Positions 34,801 to 43,077 of a stretch of DNA of 64,000 nt are shown here, piece after piece; the first letter of the stretch is position 1; the number at the start of each line of letters is the position of its first letter. Source of the DNA: a virus; the IMG/VR virus record IMGVR_UViG_3300032516_000007, positions 32,001 to 96,000 of that record; one strand, given 5' to 3'. A program made the position numbers and the translations under genes. The notes beneath the pieces are model-generated. The model saw only the letters and a program-made list of their open reading frames with translations. It was not told where the DNA came from and did not search any database.

Positions 34801-37329
34801 ATCATGGATAAGCTTCCTCGTATGGAAGCCCATCAGGTTTCTCAGGATCTATATTCTGAGATCAAAAAGAATAGAGAATTGCCCACTGAAAAAGATCATC
34901 CAAAGCTCATGAGGTCTGTTCGTAGATCAGACCCAGATATGCCACTTAGAATGAGGTTGTCTCAGTTCAATTCGTTCAACTTCATGCGAAAACCAAAGAT
35001 GTTTGATGAGAATGGAAAACCCATCAGAGGATCAAAGGGTGGGTTGAATACGATGGTTACGGGTGGTGGCAAGACATTGGCTGCGTTTCTCAACATCGCT
35101 GACAATGTTCAGCGTGGAGAACACATGAATTATGTGCTCTCTGTTCCCAACGACAAAGTTCAGGACTGGGTGAGAGAAGCTTGGGACAAGACTGAGTTCC
35201 ACACAGTTGGCAAGCTTGAAGAGAGGGTGAATAAGGACACTGGTAAGAAGGAGAAGATCCCTCCGAAGCGAGATGCTTTGACCAGGGAGTTAGAGACTGC
35301 TCTCAAAGAACAAGGTGGTGGCAAGAATCCAACCCCAATCGTGATTGCTGTTCCTGATGGTATCTCGATGGCTCATGGCTATGGTATTAAGGGGTGGGGT
35401 AAGGAACAACAGCATGAGTTTTTCAAGAAGATTAGAGATCTTATTCGGGACAACGGTGGGATTGAAAAGAGAAACATCATCTTTGTGACGAACCATAACA
35501 CGGATGGCAACATCCATGCAGAACTGACCAAAACACAGGTGAAACTTCGTACGGGTTGGGGTCATCAGTACGCTCAAGGGGGCTTTATGGCAGGTGGTCC
35601 AAGAGACCAAGCGAAAGAAGGAGATCGTATAGATCATCTTTCTCAGTTGGGAGTTCGTGGTCGGATTGTGGATGAGCCCCAGGTTTTGCTCTCAACGGGA
35701 GAGACAAGTAACCGAGGAGCAGAGGGTAAGCGGATTCTCTCTAGTAGCCATCCAATGGAATACCGACAATTACTGACAGCAACTCCCGCTCGTCGTCAGC
35801 TTGTGGAGGCTTATGATGCAGTGAAGTGGGTTGCCAGCACTCCTCAGATGGATGAAAAGGGAAACTACCTAAGACATATCAAGAAGGATGGAAGTTCAGG
35901 TGCCCATTTATATCACAAGATTGATGGGCTACCCACTAGAGGGGATTTCATGTCCCAGATGGGCGGTCTTGGGCGTGGTACTTTTACGCATGAGCATCTT
36001 CTGGAGGAGGAAGCTCGAAACATGATCGCCAATTGGAATATTGGCGATGAACAACGTGAGCGGCACTTTGCACAACATGTGTTTGATCATTCGGCCCCAA
36101 GATCTGAGACTCAGAAGCAACGACAAATAGAGATTGAACATAATGCTCGTAATATTGTGCGGAGAGAGCTGGAGAAAGAAGCCATTGATCAAAAGAAGCC
36201 AGTCGATAAGCTTGGCAAGATAGAAGAAGCCAATGCTAAAGCACGAGCCCTTCAATACATAGAGGCAGAGCACCGACAGAACATTCATGGACCGGGAGTG
36301 GTTCGCGGTGAGGGTGGAGAGGTCGTGAGGAGGACTACGAAGGAGGCTGGTGTTACTCAGTTGCCTAGAGTCAATGTTGCCGATTGGAAGCACAATTCTA
36401 AGATCAATTCTATGATTCACCAATTGAAGCAATCTGTGGAGGAAGCTCAGAAGAAAGGTAAAACACATCAGACAGTGATTGTGGTGGATGGTCCCGATCA
36501 AGCTGCGGCTGCCAGGGAAGCTTTGAGGACCGTCTACCCACCTCTCGATATTATTGATCCTAAAACTGGGAGGAAAGATCCTTTGCACAAGAAGGCACAG
36601 ATTGGTTGGTTGGGAGCAATGTTGTCAGGACAGGGATCGAAGCGGCCTTCTCCCACTGAGATCGATATCGCAAAGAAGAAGTTCGAGGAGGGTGATCTGC
36701 AAGCTCTGATCATTGATAAGAAAACAATTCAGGGTCACGATCTTCAGATGGCAGACTCCCTTCACATGCTCACACACCTTGATGATGCAGGTACGTTGAA
36801 GCAGGCTCATGGGCGTGTGGATCGTTCTCCCAGAAAAGTAAGAGACGAATCAGAGATCAACAAAGATCTCCTTCACATCATCCGTTCTGACCCCCGTGGC
36901 AAGCCTTCGGCTTTGGTGAGGAGATCTATCAGGGATGCCTTCAATGATGCCCACAAGAAACATCCTGACATATTCCCAGAAGGGCAGGATGTGGGAACTC
37001 TTCCGAATGGGGAGATCAAAAAGCTCCTTAATGCTTATCGCCAGTACGATCACAATGAGTGGCAAGATCTAATGTTGCATTCGGGAGTGTTCACCGAGAC
37101 TCCCATGGATCTGCACAACTACACCACTTCAGATTCTCCTCACGATCAAAAGTTGGAGGAGGATATTGCTCGTGGGTTGGGAACCCAGAGGGTGACATCT
37201 CCAGAGTTGATGAAGCCCCCAACCACCCAGCAGGCTGTCAAGCATGAACCATCTGGGGAGGTGAGCAAAGGTTTGCTCCCCATGTACATTCCATGGAATG
37301 AGCCTCTCTCTTTGTTTGTGAGGGACTAA
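31837..37329 (+). CDS. Giant (~1830 aa) SF2/SNF2-like helicase-ATPase
   Basis: Motif I MVTGGGKT, II IVDEPQ, III LLTATP, V QGHDLQMAD, VI QAHGRVDR; long helical N-terminal half; start uncertain. Confidence 0.8.
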   Translation: MEIESLLKSDQLGFDYPIPVGDELIKGSRHSKTQQHAWQKLVQAVANIKGAPNIVRLKAGEGGSIDLDELGAGEGAWVTPHSGPAAGRHILVVKRPNGDLVLLGGLNKPNTRIDDKTDKEYLVDDQGRDIREASPEDYLSNLAKRHFPFKAKEKPTYETKKEKERKAEAQVFAERKAKVRVEYKGARKVARKLVKEHHKNLRETLGLAEGTTLSQKSENKIKDSFEKAAGDTLKSLGVEIDKDTKKYISEFANRATGSFRRERRKKIDRVEETILDAAKKGGQGKDIAGHLQKIRQIAKQIKISAAPVQDMLEEGLDAFRTGDMEKANEILKKAADAAVAASFDHAEQEAMKEVEVPSEDATLGNQGNVPSGGTAPEMIDMIDKDPNATTAPSGMDFTKALSRLKGSHEREKERKRQEKEKKVTQVPQYAQVDAEPDFETEADQKAFYDQVGEAQKTFAAARVAQDRAREMINKISEEAAAAGVEDRPRTAVSPEEFAVSLQDIETAMASTGVTPKEIKKEMALLETAQNYTTPNQPGMYTVINEFWNDHSGNLLDPYMRMGSEYALAGLLSTHLPKEVLETPEVSGLLGKIATKVKLNERTNQFEIPGGKSLVRVNYGGLVQRTSASVAPVIVARRLAQLASRGEMEKEKIAEIERRQKEEKLSVRERMELGKEVKRLRNSPFAKHFGNEEFRNLINSVEKNNAGWWEVDPSGQQIHHPSSLLSTEEKAMEADRKIATQIELIEAQTKTGEMLSSEDKLGMEGEINPRSKLGRMVQKAEVLESLRQRRQENLGLALGSLETSATLAVALHEAHLKTSAARAGLTRVPEETRTAHQLNTEINDLKSQIIDPKLSYNEQKALGRRVRDLESRLGTIVSSPTIPTHDDVRIDIPGPVSHPDPDQQLLLRQTQTIAARDYARNQLGLDESEIHEAEGSAVAIPRGKLAAIGIDKNGAHVRLRIGGPLTPEDVEREASEASGGKKKKRKARGIMDKLPRMEAHQVSQDLYSEIKKNRELPTEKDHPKLMRSVRRSDPDMPLRMRLSQFNSFNFMRKPKMFDENGKPIRGSKGGLNTMVTGGGKTLAAFLNIADNVQRGEHMNYVLSVPNDKVQDWVREAWDKTEFHTVGKLEERVNKDTGKKEKIPPKRDALTRELETALKEQGGGKNPTPIVIAVPDGISMAHGYGIKGWGKEQQHEFFKKIRDLIRDNGGIEKRNIIFVTNHNTDGNIHAELTKTQVKLRTGWGHQYAQGGFMAGGPRDQAKEGDRIDHLSQLGVRGRIVDEPQVLLSTGETSNRGAEGKRILSSSHPMEYRQLLTATPARRQLVEAYDAVKWVASTPQMDEKGNYLRHIKKDGSSGAHLYHKIDGLPTRGDFMSQMGGLGRGTFTHEHLLEEEARNMIANWNIGDEQRERHFAQHVFDHSAPRSETQKQRQIEIEHNARNIVRRELEKEAIDQKKPVDKLGKIEEANAKARALQYIEAEHRQNIHGPGVVRGEGGEVVRRTTKEAGVTQLPRVNVADWKHNSKINSMIHQLKQSVEEAQKKGKTHQTVIVVDGPDQAAAAREALRTVYPPLDIIDPKTGRKDPLHKKAQIGWLGAMLSGQGSKRPSPTEIDIAKKKFEEGDLQALIIDKKTIQGHDLQMADSLHMLTHLDDAGTLKQAHGRVDRSPRKVRDESEINKDLLHIIRSDPRGKPSALVRRSIRDAFNDAHKKHPDIFPEGQDVGTLPNGEIKKLLNAYRQYDHNEWQDLMLHSGVFTETPMDLHNYTTSDSPHDQKLEEDIARGLGTQRVTSPELMKPPTTQQAVKHEPSGEVSKGLLPMYIPWNEPLSLFVRD

Positions 37330-37571
37330 TGGCACACGAAAAAGTCAAAGAGGCTCTCGCGGAGAACACAGCGCAGATGAAGGTGCTGGCTGATCGGTAT
37401 GTGGCGATTTGGGCTAGGGCAGGACGAGAGATCGAGGCTGAAAAAGAAAAGCCAGTTCCATCTCAGTGGAAGATCGAAGCTATGAAGAGGATGCAGGAAA
37501 GGGTTGAGGAGAAGATTGCACAGTTCAAGGGAGCAGATCGACTTGCCGATGACCAGCCAAAGGAGTTTTAG
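37329..37571 (+). CDS. Small helical hypothetical protein
   Basis: TAATG coupling to the upstream gene. Confidence 0.6.
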   Translation: MAHEKVKEALAENTAQMKVLADRYVAIWARAGREIEAEKEKPVPSQWKIEAMKRMQERVEEKIAQFKGADRLADDQPKEF

Positions 37572-37816
37572 TGGATCATCTCCTGTCGTGCCGGTGTGGT
37601 GAAGTGCTGGTCAAATCCATGAGTGATGGCACCACAAAGGTAAGGTCCAAGATTATCATTTTTCGAGGTGGGGAAGCCTTTGCTGTCTGCAAAGGGTGTG
37701 GGGCTGAGAGGTTAGTTCCTCTTCAATTAGTCCCCGATGCCTTGGAGAAGGGATCTCGCCGACCCAAGCTTTTTGTGAGTGAAAACAAGAAGCTGGACCC
37801 CACAGACCTTCCGTAG
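37571..37816 (+). CDS. Zinc-ribbon protein (Mu Com-like candidate)
   Basis: CRCGEVLVK...AVCKGCG; immediately upstream of the protease operon. Confidence 0.55.
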   Translation: MDHLLSCRCGEVLVKSMSDGTTKVRSKIIIFRGGEAFAVCKGCGAERLVPLQLVPDALEKGSRRPKLFVSENKKLDPTDLP

Positions 37817-37849
37817 TCGATCCACCGCTACCCCCCTGATCGAACATGC

Positions 37850-37878
37850 TTGACACTTGATTCTAGAACCAGTAGTTT
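37850..37878 (+). promoter_or_regulatory. Sigma70-like promoter of the protease-scaffold-capsid operon
   Basis: TTGACA-N17-TAGTTT; TTCTAGAA at 37861-37868 in the spacer. Confidence 0.7.
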
Positions 37879-37909
37879 CATCCTGACGATCAACCTGAAG
37901 GAACTCCAC

Positions 37910-37943
37910 AAAGGGAGATGGGCATGAGCCCCTCTCCCTTTTT
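37910..37943 (+). terminator. Terminator-like hairpin in the protease leader
   Basis: AAAGGGAGA-T-GGGC-ATGA-GCCC-C-TCTCCCTTT followed by TT. Confidence 0.65.
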
Positions 37944-37955
37944 GCGTTTGGGACT

Positions 37956-38837
37956 ATGATCTTAGATCTCCTCAAAAGCAACGAGTTTGAGTTCTGGCTT
38001 CCCCTGGACATTTGCAAGTCCAATGGGAAGGCTGATCCAACGAAGCGTTGGGTCCAGGGACTTGCCTCTACAGAAGATCGAGATCTTCAGGATGAGGAAG
38101 TCTTTCAGCGTGGGATCGACTTCAGTTACTTCCTAGAGCATGGCTACTACAACAATGATCATAAGCTTGGGTTCGAGAACAAAGTTGGCCAGCCTGTAGA
38201 AGCTAAGATCACTCCTGAGGGTTTTTGGACCAAGGGGTTCTTGTTCCAGAACCACAAAGTAGCTGATGCGATTTGGGAGCTGGCTCACGCACTGATCACC
38301 TCAGGTGCGATTCGTCGTCTTGGCTTCTCTATTCAGGGGAAGGTTCTGAGACGAGCAGGAAAGCGCATTCTGAAGTGTTGGGTTCAAGATGTTGCGATCA
38401 CCGCTGCTCCGATCAATACCCACACCTGGTTGGACGTTGTGAAGTCCCTCTCAGCCGTTCCGGCTGAGATGTGGTGTGAGAGTGAGAGCGGGCTACTGAT
38501 GCCTGAGGATGTGGCTACTTCGATCCCCTGTGTCAAGTCTTGTGGGGGTGGTTGCTGCAAGAGCGAAAATAAAGCTCTCCGTCAGGAAGATCTTAACCTC
38601 TTCAAGAAGAGAGATGAGGAAGAGGAAGAAGCCAAGGCTCTGTCCATTGGGTATGGACATCCCATGGCTCCAGAGAGCTTGGACAGCGAAGTCAAGCGGC
38701 AGACGTTTGGCAAGTCGATCCCGGAAATTCTCAACTTCCGTGACTGCGTGTACCTTCTTCAGGACACACGGGGTCTTTCAAAATCTGAAGCAACAACGTT
38801 GACTGAGGCGATCTTCGCAATGAACGAAGTGAACTGA
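37956..38837 (+). CDS. Prohead (capsid maturation) protease
   Basis: GLASTEDRDLQDEEV, NNDH and LGFSIQG motifs of HK97/herpes-fold phage proteases. Confidence 0.9.
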   Translation: MILDLLKSNEFEFWLPLDICKSNGKADPTKRWVQGLASTEDRDLQDEEVFQRGIDFSYFLEHGYYNNDHKLGFENKVGQPVEAKITPEGFWTKGFLFQNHKVADAIWELAHALITSGAIRRLGFSIQGKVLRRAGKRILKCWVQDVAITAAPINTHTWLDVVKSLSAVPAEMWCESESGLLMPEDVATSIPCVKSCGGGCCKSENKALRQEDLNLFKKRDEEEEEAKALSIGYGHPMAPESLDSEVKRQTFGKSIPEILNFRDCVYLLQDTRGLSKSEATTLTEAIFAMNEVN

Positions 38838-38874
38838 TGGTCATCAACCGAAACTCAACCGGAGGGAACTGAAG

Positions 38875-39819
38875 ATGTCGAAGATGACGAAGCATGACTT
38901 CTTCAAGTCTCTGGAAAGGTTGGAGGCACTTGCCGGTGGCAGCGGTGACGAAATGCGGAAGTCGCAGATTGTCACTGGTGGCAACAGTGAGGTCTCCTCC
39001 TGGCCAGGTGGCGAGAAGGAAAAGATCGGGGACAACTGGGACGACAGCATCGGTGAGGACGGAACCGACTACAAGGCCCAGAAGGTTCGGAAGAGCATCA
39101 TCGAGAAGGTTGCGAAGGGTATTGCTCTGTCCCCCTCCGAGGTGGAGATCCTCAAGGGTGACATGGACCGAGCTGAGCCCTTCGGTGGCAAAGAGTCTCC
39201 TGAGGAAGAGGAGGCCGAAGAGGAAGCCAAGGAGAAGACCAAGGGCAAGCGTCGTCCTCCCCCCAAGGAAGAGGAGGACGAGGACGAGGGAGCCAAGGGC
39301 AAGCTTTTTGGCAAGTCATTCACCGACGTTCTCTCTGAGAACGATACGGTCCAGAAGGGTGTCGAGGTGTCGGACTTCCTCACTGAGTTTGCCAAGTCCT
39401 TTGGGCATGGTCTCGATCACCTGGAGTCCCGGATCACGGAGCGAGTGGTTGGGACCGTCATGGGTGCCCTTCAGCAGTTTGCTGGGGAGCAGGGGAACTT
39501 CAACAAGTCCCTCGCCGAGGCGGTGGTGAACATCGGTCATGGTCTCGCTGGCTACATTCAGCAGGATGCAGCTCGGAGCGAGGAGCCTGCGGGTCCCCCG
39601 AAGTCTCAGCTTCGGACGGTTCCTGGTCAGGTGAATGTGCTTCAGAAGAGCCAGGGTGGTGGTCCGTTCGAGGGCATGAGCAAGGCTCAGGTTCTTGATC
39701 GGATGACTGATCTGGTGGAGAAGGGCGGTCTCAATCCCCTGGAGGTGGTGAAGTACGAGTCCACGGGAGAGATGTCGCCTCACATCGAACAGAAGCTCAT
39801 GAAGAGCATGGGGCAGTAG
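38875..39819 (+). CDS. Putative scaffold protein
   Basis: Lies between protease and MCP; acidic/helical; about 13 hydrophobic-x-K[SAG] motifs. Confidence 0.7.
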   Translation: MSKMTKHDFFKSLERLEALAGGSGDEMRKSQIVTGGNSEVSSWPGGEKEKIGDNWDDSIGEDGTDYKAQKVRKSIIEKVAKGIALSPSEVEILKGDMDRAEPFGGKESPEEEEAEEEAKEKTKGKRRPPPKEEEDEDEGAKGKLFGKSFTDVLSENDTVQKGVEVSDFLTEFAKSFGHGLDHLESRITERVVGTVMGALQQFAGEQGNFNKSLAEAVVNIGHGLAGYIQQDAARSEEPAGPPKSQLRTVPGQVNVLQKSQGGGPFEGMSKAQVLDRMTDLVEKGGLNPLEVVKYESTGEMSPHIEQKLMKSMGQ

Positions 39820-39849
39820 CCCCTCAACCCCAGACACAGGAGAAAGATC

Positions 39850-41298
39850 ATGTTTGGACAGATCAGCCTGCGTCACTACGAGGGGCTCAACGGTTTCGGG
39901 ACTGCTCCCGCCCAGGACGTGTCAGAGTTGCACAAGGCGTTGGAGGCTGGCTATCAGGTGACTGGCCAGACCGGCGGCTCTGCACTCAGGGTGGAAAGTC
40001 TTGAGGCCAGCCTCAAGGTGGTGACGTGGACAAACCATCACATCAAGTTCTGGAAGAAGATTCCGAAATCGCCAGCATTTTCGACGGTTGAGGAATACAA
40101 TGAGCTAGTTTCCTACGGAGGAACGAATTTCGCCTTTACGCAAGAAGGCGAACTTCCTCCTTCGACGGATACGAACTACGCTCGTCGTACCCAGCTCGTG
40201 AAATTCCTTGGGACCACTCGTGAAGTGAGCCACCCGGCCACGATGATTCATCCCGCCCACGGGGATGTGATCGCACTCGAAAACTCGAACGGCATTCTCT
40301 GGCTGCTCGAGAGGGTTGAAACGGCTCTCTTCACCGCTGATTCCGCGCTCGCTTTCGATGGTGAGGCTGAGCAGTGGGATGGTCTCGATGCTCTGATCGA
40401 TGGCACCTCCTACGTCGATCTGGAGGGACAGCCTCTCCAGGAAGCGGACGTGGAAGAGGCCAGCAACATCCTTGTCGAGCACTTTGGTTACCCGACGGAT
40501 CTGTTCTTGGGAACCCGTGAGCTGAGTGATCTTGTCAAGACGATGTATCCTCGCGAGCGCGTGGCTCTGCCCGCTCCCGTGAATGGGGTCATCGGACAGG
40601 CAATCAACTCCATGGCAACCCAGGCTGGTACCATCGAGTTCAACCCCAACGTCTTCGTCAAGCGTCTTCCTCGTCCGCCCGCGTCGGCAACGCACGCCAA
40701 TGCTCCTGCGACTCCGCAGGTCGTGGCGGGTCTTTCCAGTGCTGGTGGTACGGCTCTTGATGGTGACTTCAATAAGGGAGCCCCAGCGGGGACCAACTAC
40801 CTCTGCTACGTTTGCACAGCGTGCAATCGTTTCGGAGAGTCGTCTCCTTCTCCGGTCATGGGCGCAGCGGTGACGATGATTCAGGCAAACAAGGACGCCA
40901 ACGAGCACATCGATCTCACGCTGACCAACGCTGCAACCATCGGAGCTTTCCCTCCCGAGTTCTTCCGTGTGTACCGTACCGTCTCCAGGACTGCGGCTGC
41001 GGTTCCTGCTGATCTGGCACTGTACAGCATGATCATGCAGGTGCCTGCTGCTCTCCAGGGTGGTGGTCAGGTTACCACTCCTGATGACGTGAACTTCCTG
41101 CTGCCCTTCACCAGCCTTGCTTACATGGGAGAGCTGACTCCGCAGGTGATCACGTTCCGGCAGCTTGCTCCGATGATGCGTCTAGATCTCGCGGTGCTTG
41201 CTCCTGCCTACAGGTGGATGATCATGCTTTACGGAACGCCCATCCTGTTCGCTCGGAAGAAGTGGCTGCGTATGATCAACATCGGTCGTCTCACGTAG
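39850..41298 (+). CDS. Major capsid protein
   Basis: GGSALRVESLEASLK, STVEEYN, QWDGLDALI and QLAPMMRLDLA motifs of Twort/SPO1-type MCPs; predicted propeptide cleavage ELHK29|A30. Confidence 0.93.
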   Translation: MFGQISLRHYEGLNGFGTAPAQDVSELHKALEAGYQVTGQTGGSALRVESLEASLKVVTWTNHHIKFWKKIPKSPAFSTVEEYNELVSYGGTNFAFTQEGELPPSTDTNYARRTQLVKFLGTTREVSHPATMIHPAHGDVIALENSNGILWLLERVETALFTADSALAFDGEAEQWDGLDALIDGTSYVDLEGQPLQEADVEEASNILVEHFGYPTDLFLGTRELSDLVKTMYPRERVALPAPVNGVIGQAINSMATQAGTIEFNPNVFVKRLPRPPASATHANAPATPQVVAGLSSAGGTALDGDFNKGAPAGTNYLCYVCTACNRFGESSPSPVMGAAVTMIQANKDANEHIDLTLTNAATIGAFPPEFFRVYRTVSRTAAAVPADLALYSMIMQVPAALQGGGQVTTPDDVNFLLPFTSLAYMGELTPQVITFRQLAPMMRLDLAVLAPAYRWMIMLYGTPILFARKKWLRMINIGRLT

Positions 41299-41335
41299 AG
41301 GCGCATTTCCGGTGAAGGTCAGAATCTGACCTTGT

Positions 41336-41381
41336 GAGAGTCTGGGGAGTGTTTTTGGATGCTCCCCAGACTCTCCTTTTT
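41336..41381 (+). terminator. Rho-independent terminator after MCP
   Basis: GAGAGTCTGGGGAG...CTCCCCAGACTCTC followed by CTTTTT. Confidence 0.9.
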
Positions 41382-41613
41382 GAGACCATGAACCTGGTAT
41401 TCAGGTAGAGAGACAAGATCCATAATGGATTGCATTGTTTGTGGGAAACCAGTTCAGATTGTCGGAGCAGATACATGTAGCACCCGTTGCATGCTTCGAC
41501 CTAGGGGAAATGCAGGTGAGAAGAAAGGACTGGCACCCAGTTCTGTTTTTTCGATCATGGGGAAGCTGACTCAGGCGTCTCTTAGGCAGCCCCCACTAGA
41601 ATCGGAGGTTCCA

Positions 41614-42009
41614 ATGCTGAAGGTAGCTCACCCTTGGATCAAGAATCGTAACGTCATTGAGGGGGAGACGGTCTTCTCGTTCAATGGGGATGGAATCGCT
41701 GTGGTGAAGGATCTTGGGAATGCTCGCGTGGATCTTCAGCGGTTGATGAAGAAACCAACGAGTAAGTTCTCCATTCTTGAGGACCCGAGGGAAGTTCCCA
41801 AGGTTGAAGTTCCTGTTCTCAAGGTTGAGGCTCCCAAAGTTCCCGTTTCCAAGATCGAAGTTCCCTCTACCGAGATCGAAGCTCCTGCTTCCGAGGTGTT
41901 CACTTCGACGGTTCTAGAATTAACAGAGCCAGAGGAGGAAACCACATCGGAGGTTGAGGACAAGGCAACCAAACGAACCCCCACCAAGAAGAAGAGTGGC
42001 GGCAAGTAA
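41614..42009 (+). CDS. Hypothetical protein with KVEVP-type repeats
   Basis: GGAGG RBS before ATG 41614. Confidence 0.65.
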   Translation: MLKVAHPWIKNRNVIEGETVFSFNGDGIAVVKDLGNARVDLQRLMKKPTSKFSILEDPREVPKVEVPVLKVEAPKVPVSKIEVPSTEIEAPASEVFTSTVLELTEPEEETTSEVEDKATKRTPTKKKSGGK

Positions 42010-42021
42010 AGGAGAACAGTC

Positions 42022-42291
42022 ATGGCGACCATCAAGACTCGACCCGTCATCGGCGACAACGGATCTCAAGAGCTGGCTCAGCTTCGTGAGAGCTATAACG
42101 CTCTGGTGCAGGTGGTTGGTGATCTGATCACCTCCCTCAAGGGCTCAACTGACGTGCCCTCCATCGTTGTCATCGTCACGGCTGCGGAGCTGGTGATTCA
42201 GAACACCGTGGAGAAGATTGGCACCCAGCCAAATCTGGGCCTGAATCCTCTCAGACCCGATCTGCTTCCTAGCACGCTCAGGATTCCGTAG
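42022..42291 (+). CDS. Hypothetical virion protein
   Basis: AAGGAG RBS; structural context. Confidence 0.65.
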   Translation: MATIKTRPVIGDNGSQELAQLRESYNALVQVVGDLITSLKGSTDVPSIVVIVTAAELVIQNTVEKIGTQPNLGLNPLRPDLLPSTLRIP

Positions 42292-42410
42292 AGGAGAGAT
42301 CAAGTTCGATTGTTTTGCTTCAAGATCCCAACGCTGTCATGTAGCGTTCGGCCATGTGAAAACTTCAATGTGCCCCTCCTACCTATGGGGGCTTTGATGA
42401 GGAGAATCAA

Positions 42411-42737
42411 ATGTTCAAGCCAGGCATTCCCGTGCATCCTTCCAGTGGGATTGGAACAGCTCCGAATGCAGCCACGACCCCTCAGGGGATCGAGATATCA
42501 TTCGACAAGGGTTCCAATCGAAACCGGCAGAGCACTTCCCAGGTGATCATTTCCAATCTTGAGGCGGCGGTAGGGGGCAATGCTCTCGAGGTGAGCTTTG
42601 CCAACGGTCAGGACGGGAAGTGGTTCAGCATTCCTCCGGGGCAGACGGTACCCATCAATGTGATGACGCATCGCTGCAATGTGAGAGGGAAAACTGGAGC
42701 GACAACTGCCTACTCCATCATGGGGATCATATCCTGA
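42411..42737 (+). CDS. Small beta-rich virion protein
   Basis: GAGGAG RBS; beta-strand pattern. Confidence 0.65.
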   Translation: MFKPGIPVHPSSGIGTAPNAATTPQGIEISFDKGSNRNRQSTSQVIISNLEAAVGGNALEVSFANGQDGKWFSIPPGQTVPINVMTHRCNVRGKTGATTAYSIMGIIS

Positions 42738-42755
42738 TGATGAGGGAGGGCAGAT

Positions 42756-43061
42756 ATGATCCTCCAACCTGTCGGAAGAGGAACGTCGATCAATGTTCTG
42801 CTGGGGAAGTTCCGGTGGAACAAGGAGCTGATTGGACCAAAGAACGGAGTCAATGTCATATTCACAACGCCTGAAGTTTTCATTCAGAGCGGAGAGACTG
42901 TGATCAGGGTGTACCGCAACGGACAAAGGTCGTACCTGGGAGTGTCTAATGACTACACCGTATCAGAGAGCGGTGGTCCTGGTACAGGGTTTGACACCAT
43001 TACGCTGGCTGTAGCCCCATTGGGTTACGAGATCATAACCACCGATTACTTGATCAATTAA
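42756..43061 (+). CDS. Small virion beta-domain protein
   Basis: NGVNVIFT...VYRNGQR.....DYTV...ITLAVAP motif. Confidence 0.7.
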   Translation: MILQPVGRGTSINVLLGKFRWNKELIGPKNGVNVIFTTPEVFIQSGETVIRVYRNGQRSYLGVSNDYTVSESGGPGTGFDTITLAVAPLGYEIITTDYLIN

Positions 43062-43077
43062 CCCGAAGGAGAGAGAA

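Noticed and set aside
13100-37329. Inteins in the portal or helicase; reverse transcriptase/DGR or integrase
   Set aside because: No intein splice-junction motifs and no RT motifs seen; the tyrosine active-site domain matches TopoIB (SYIDP) rather than an integrase
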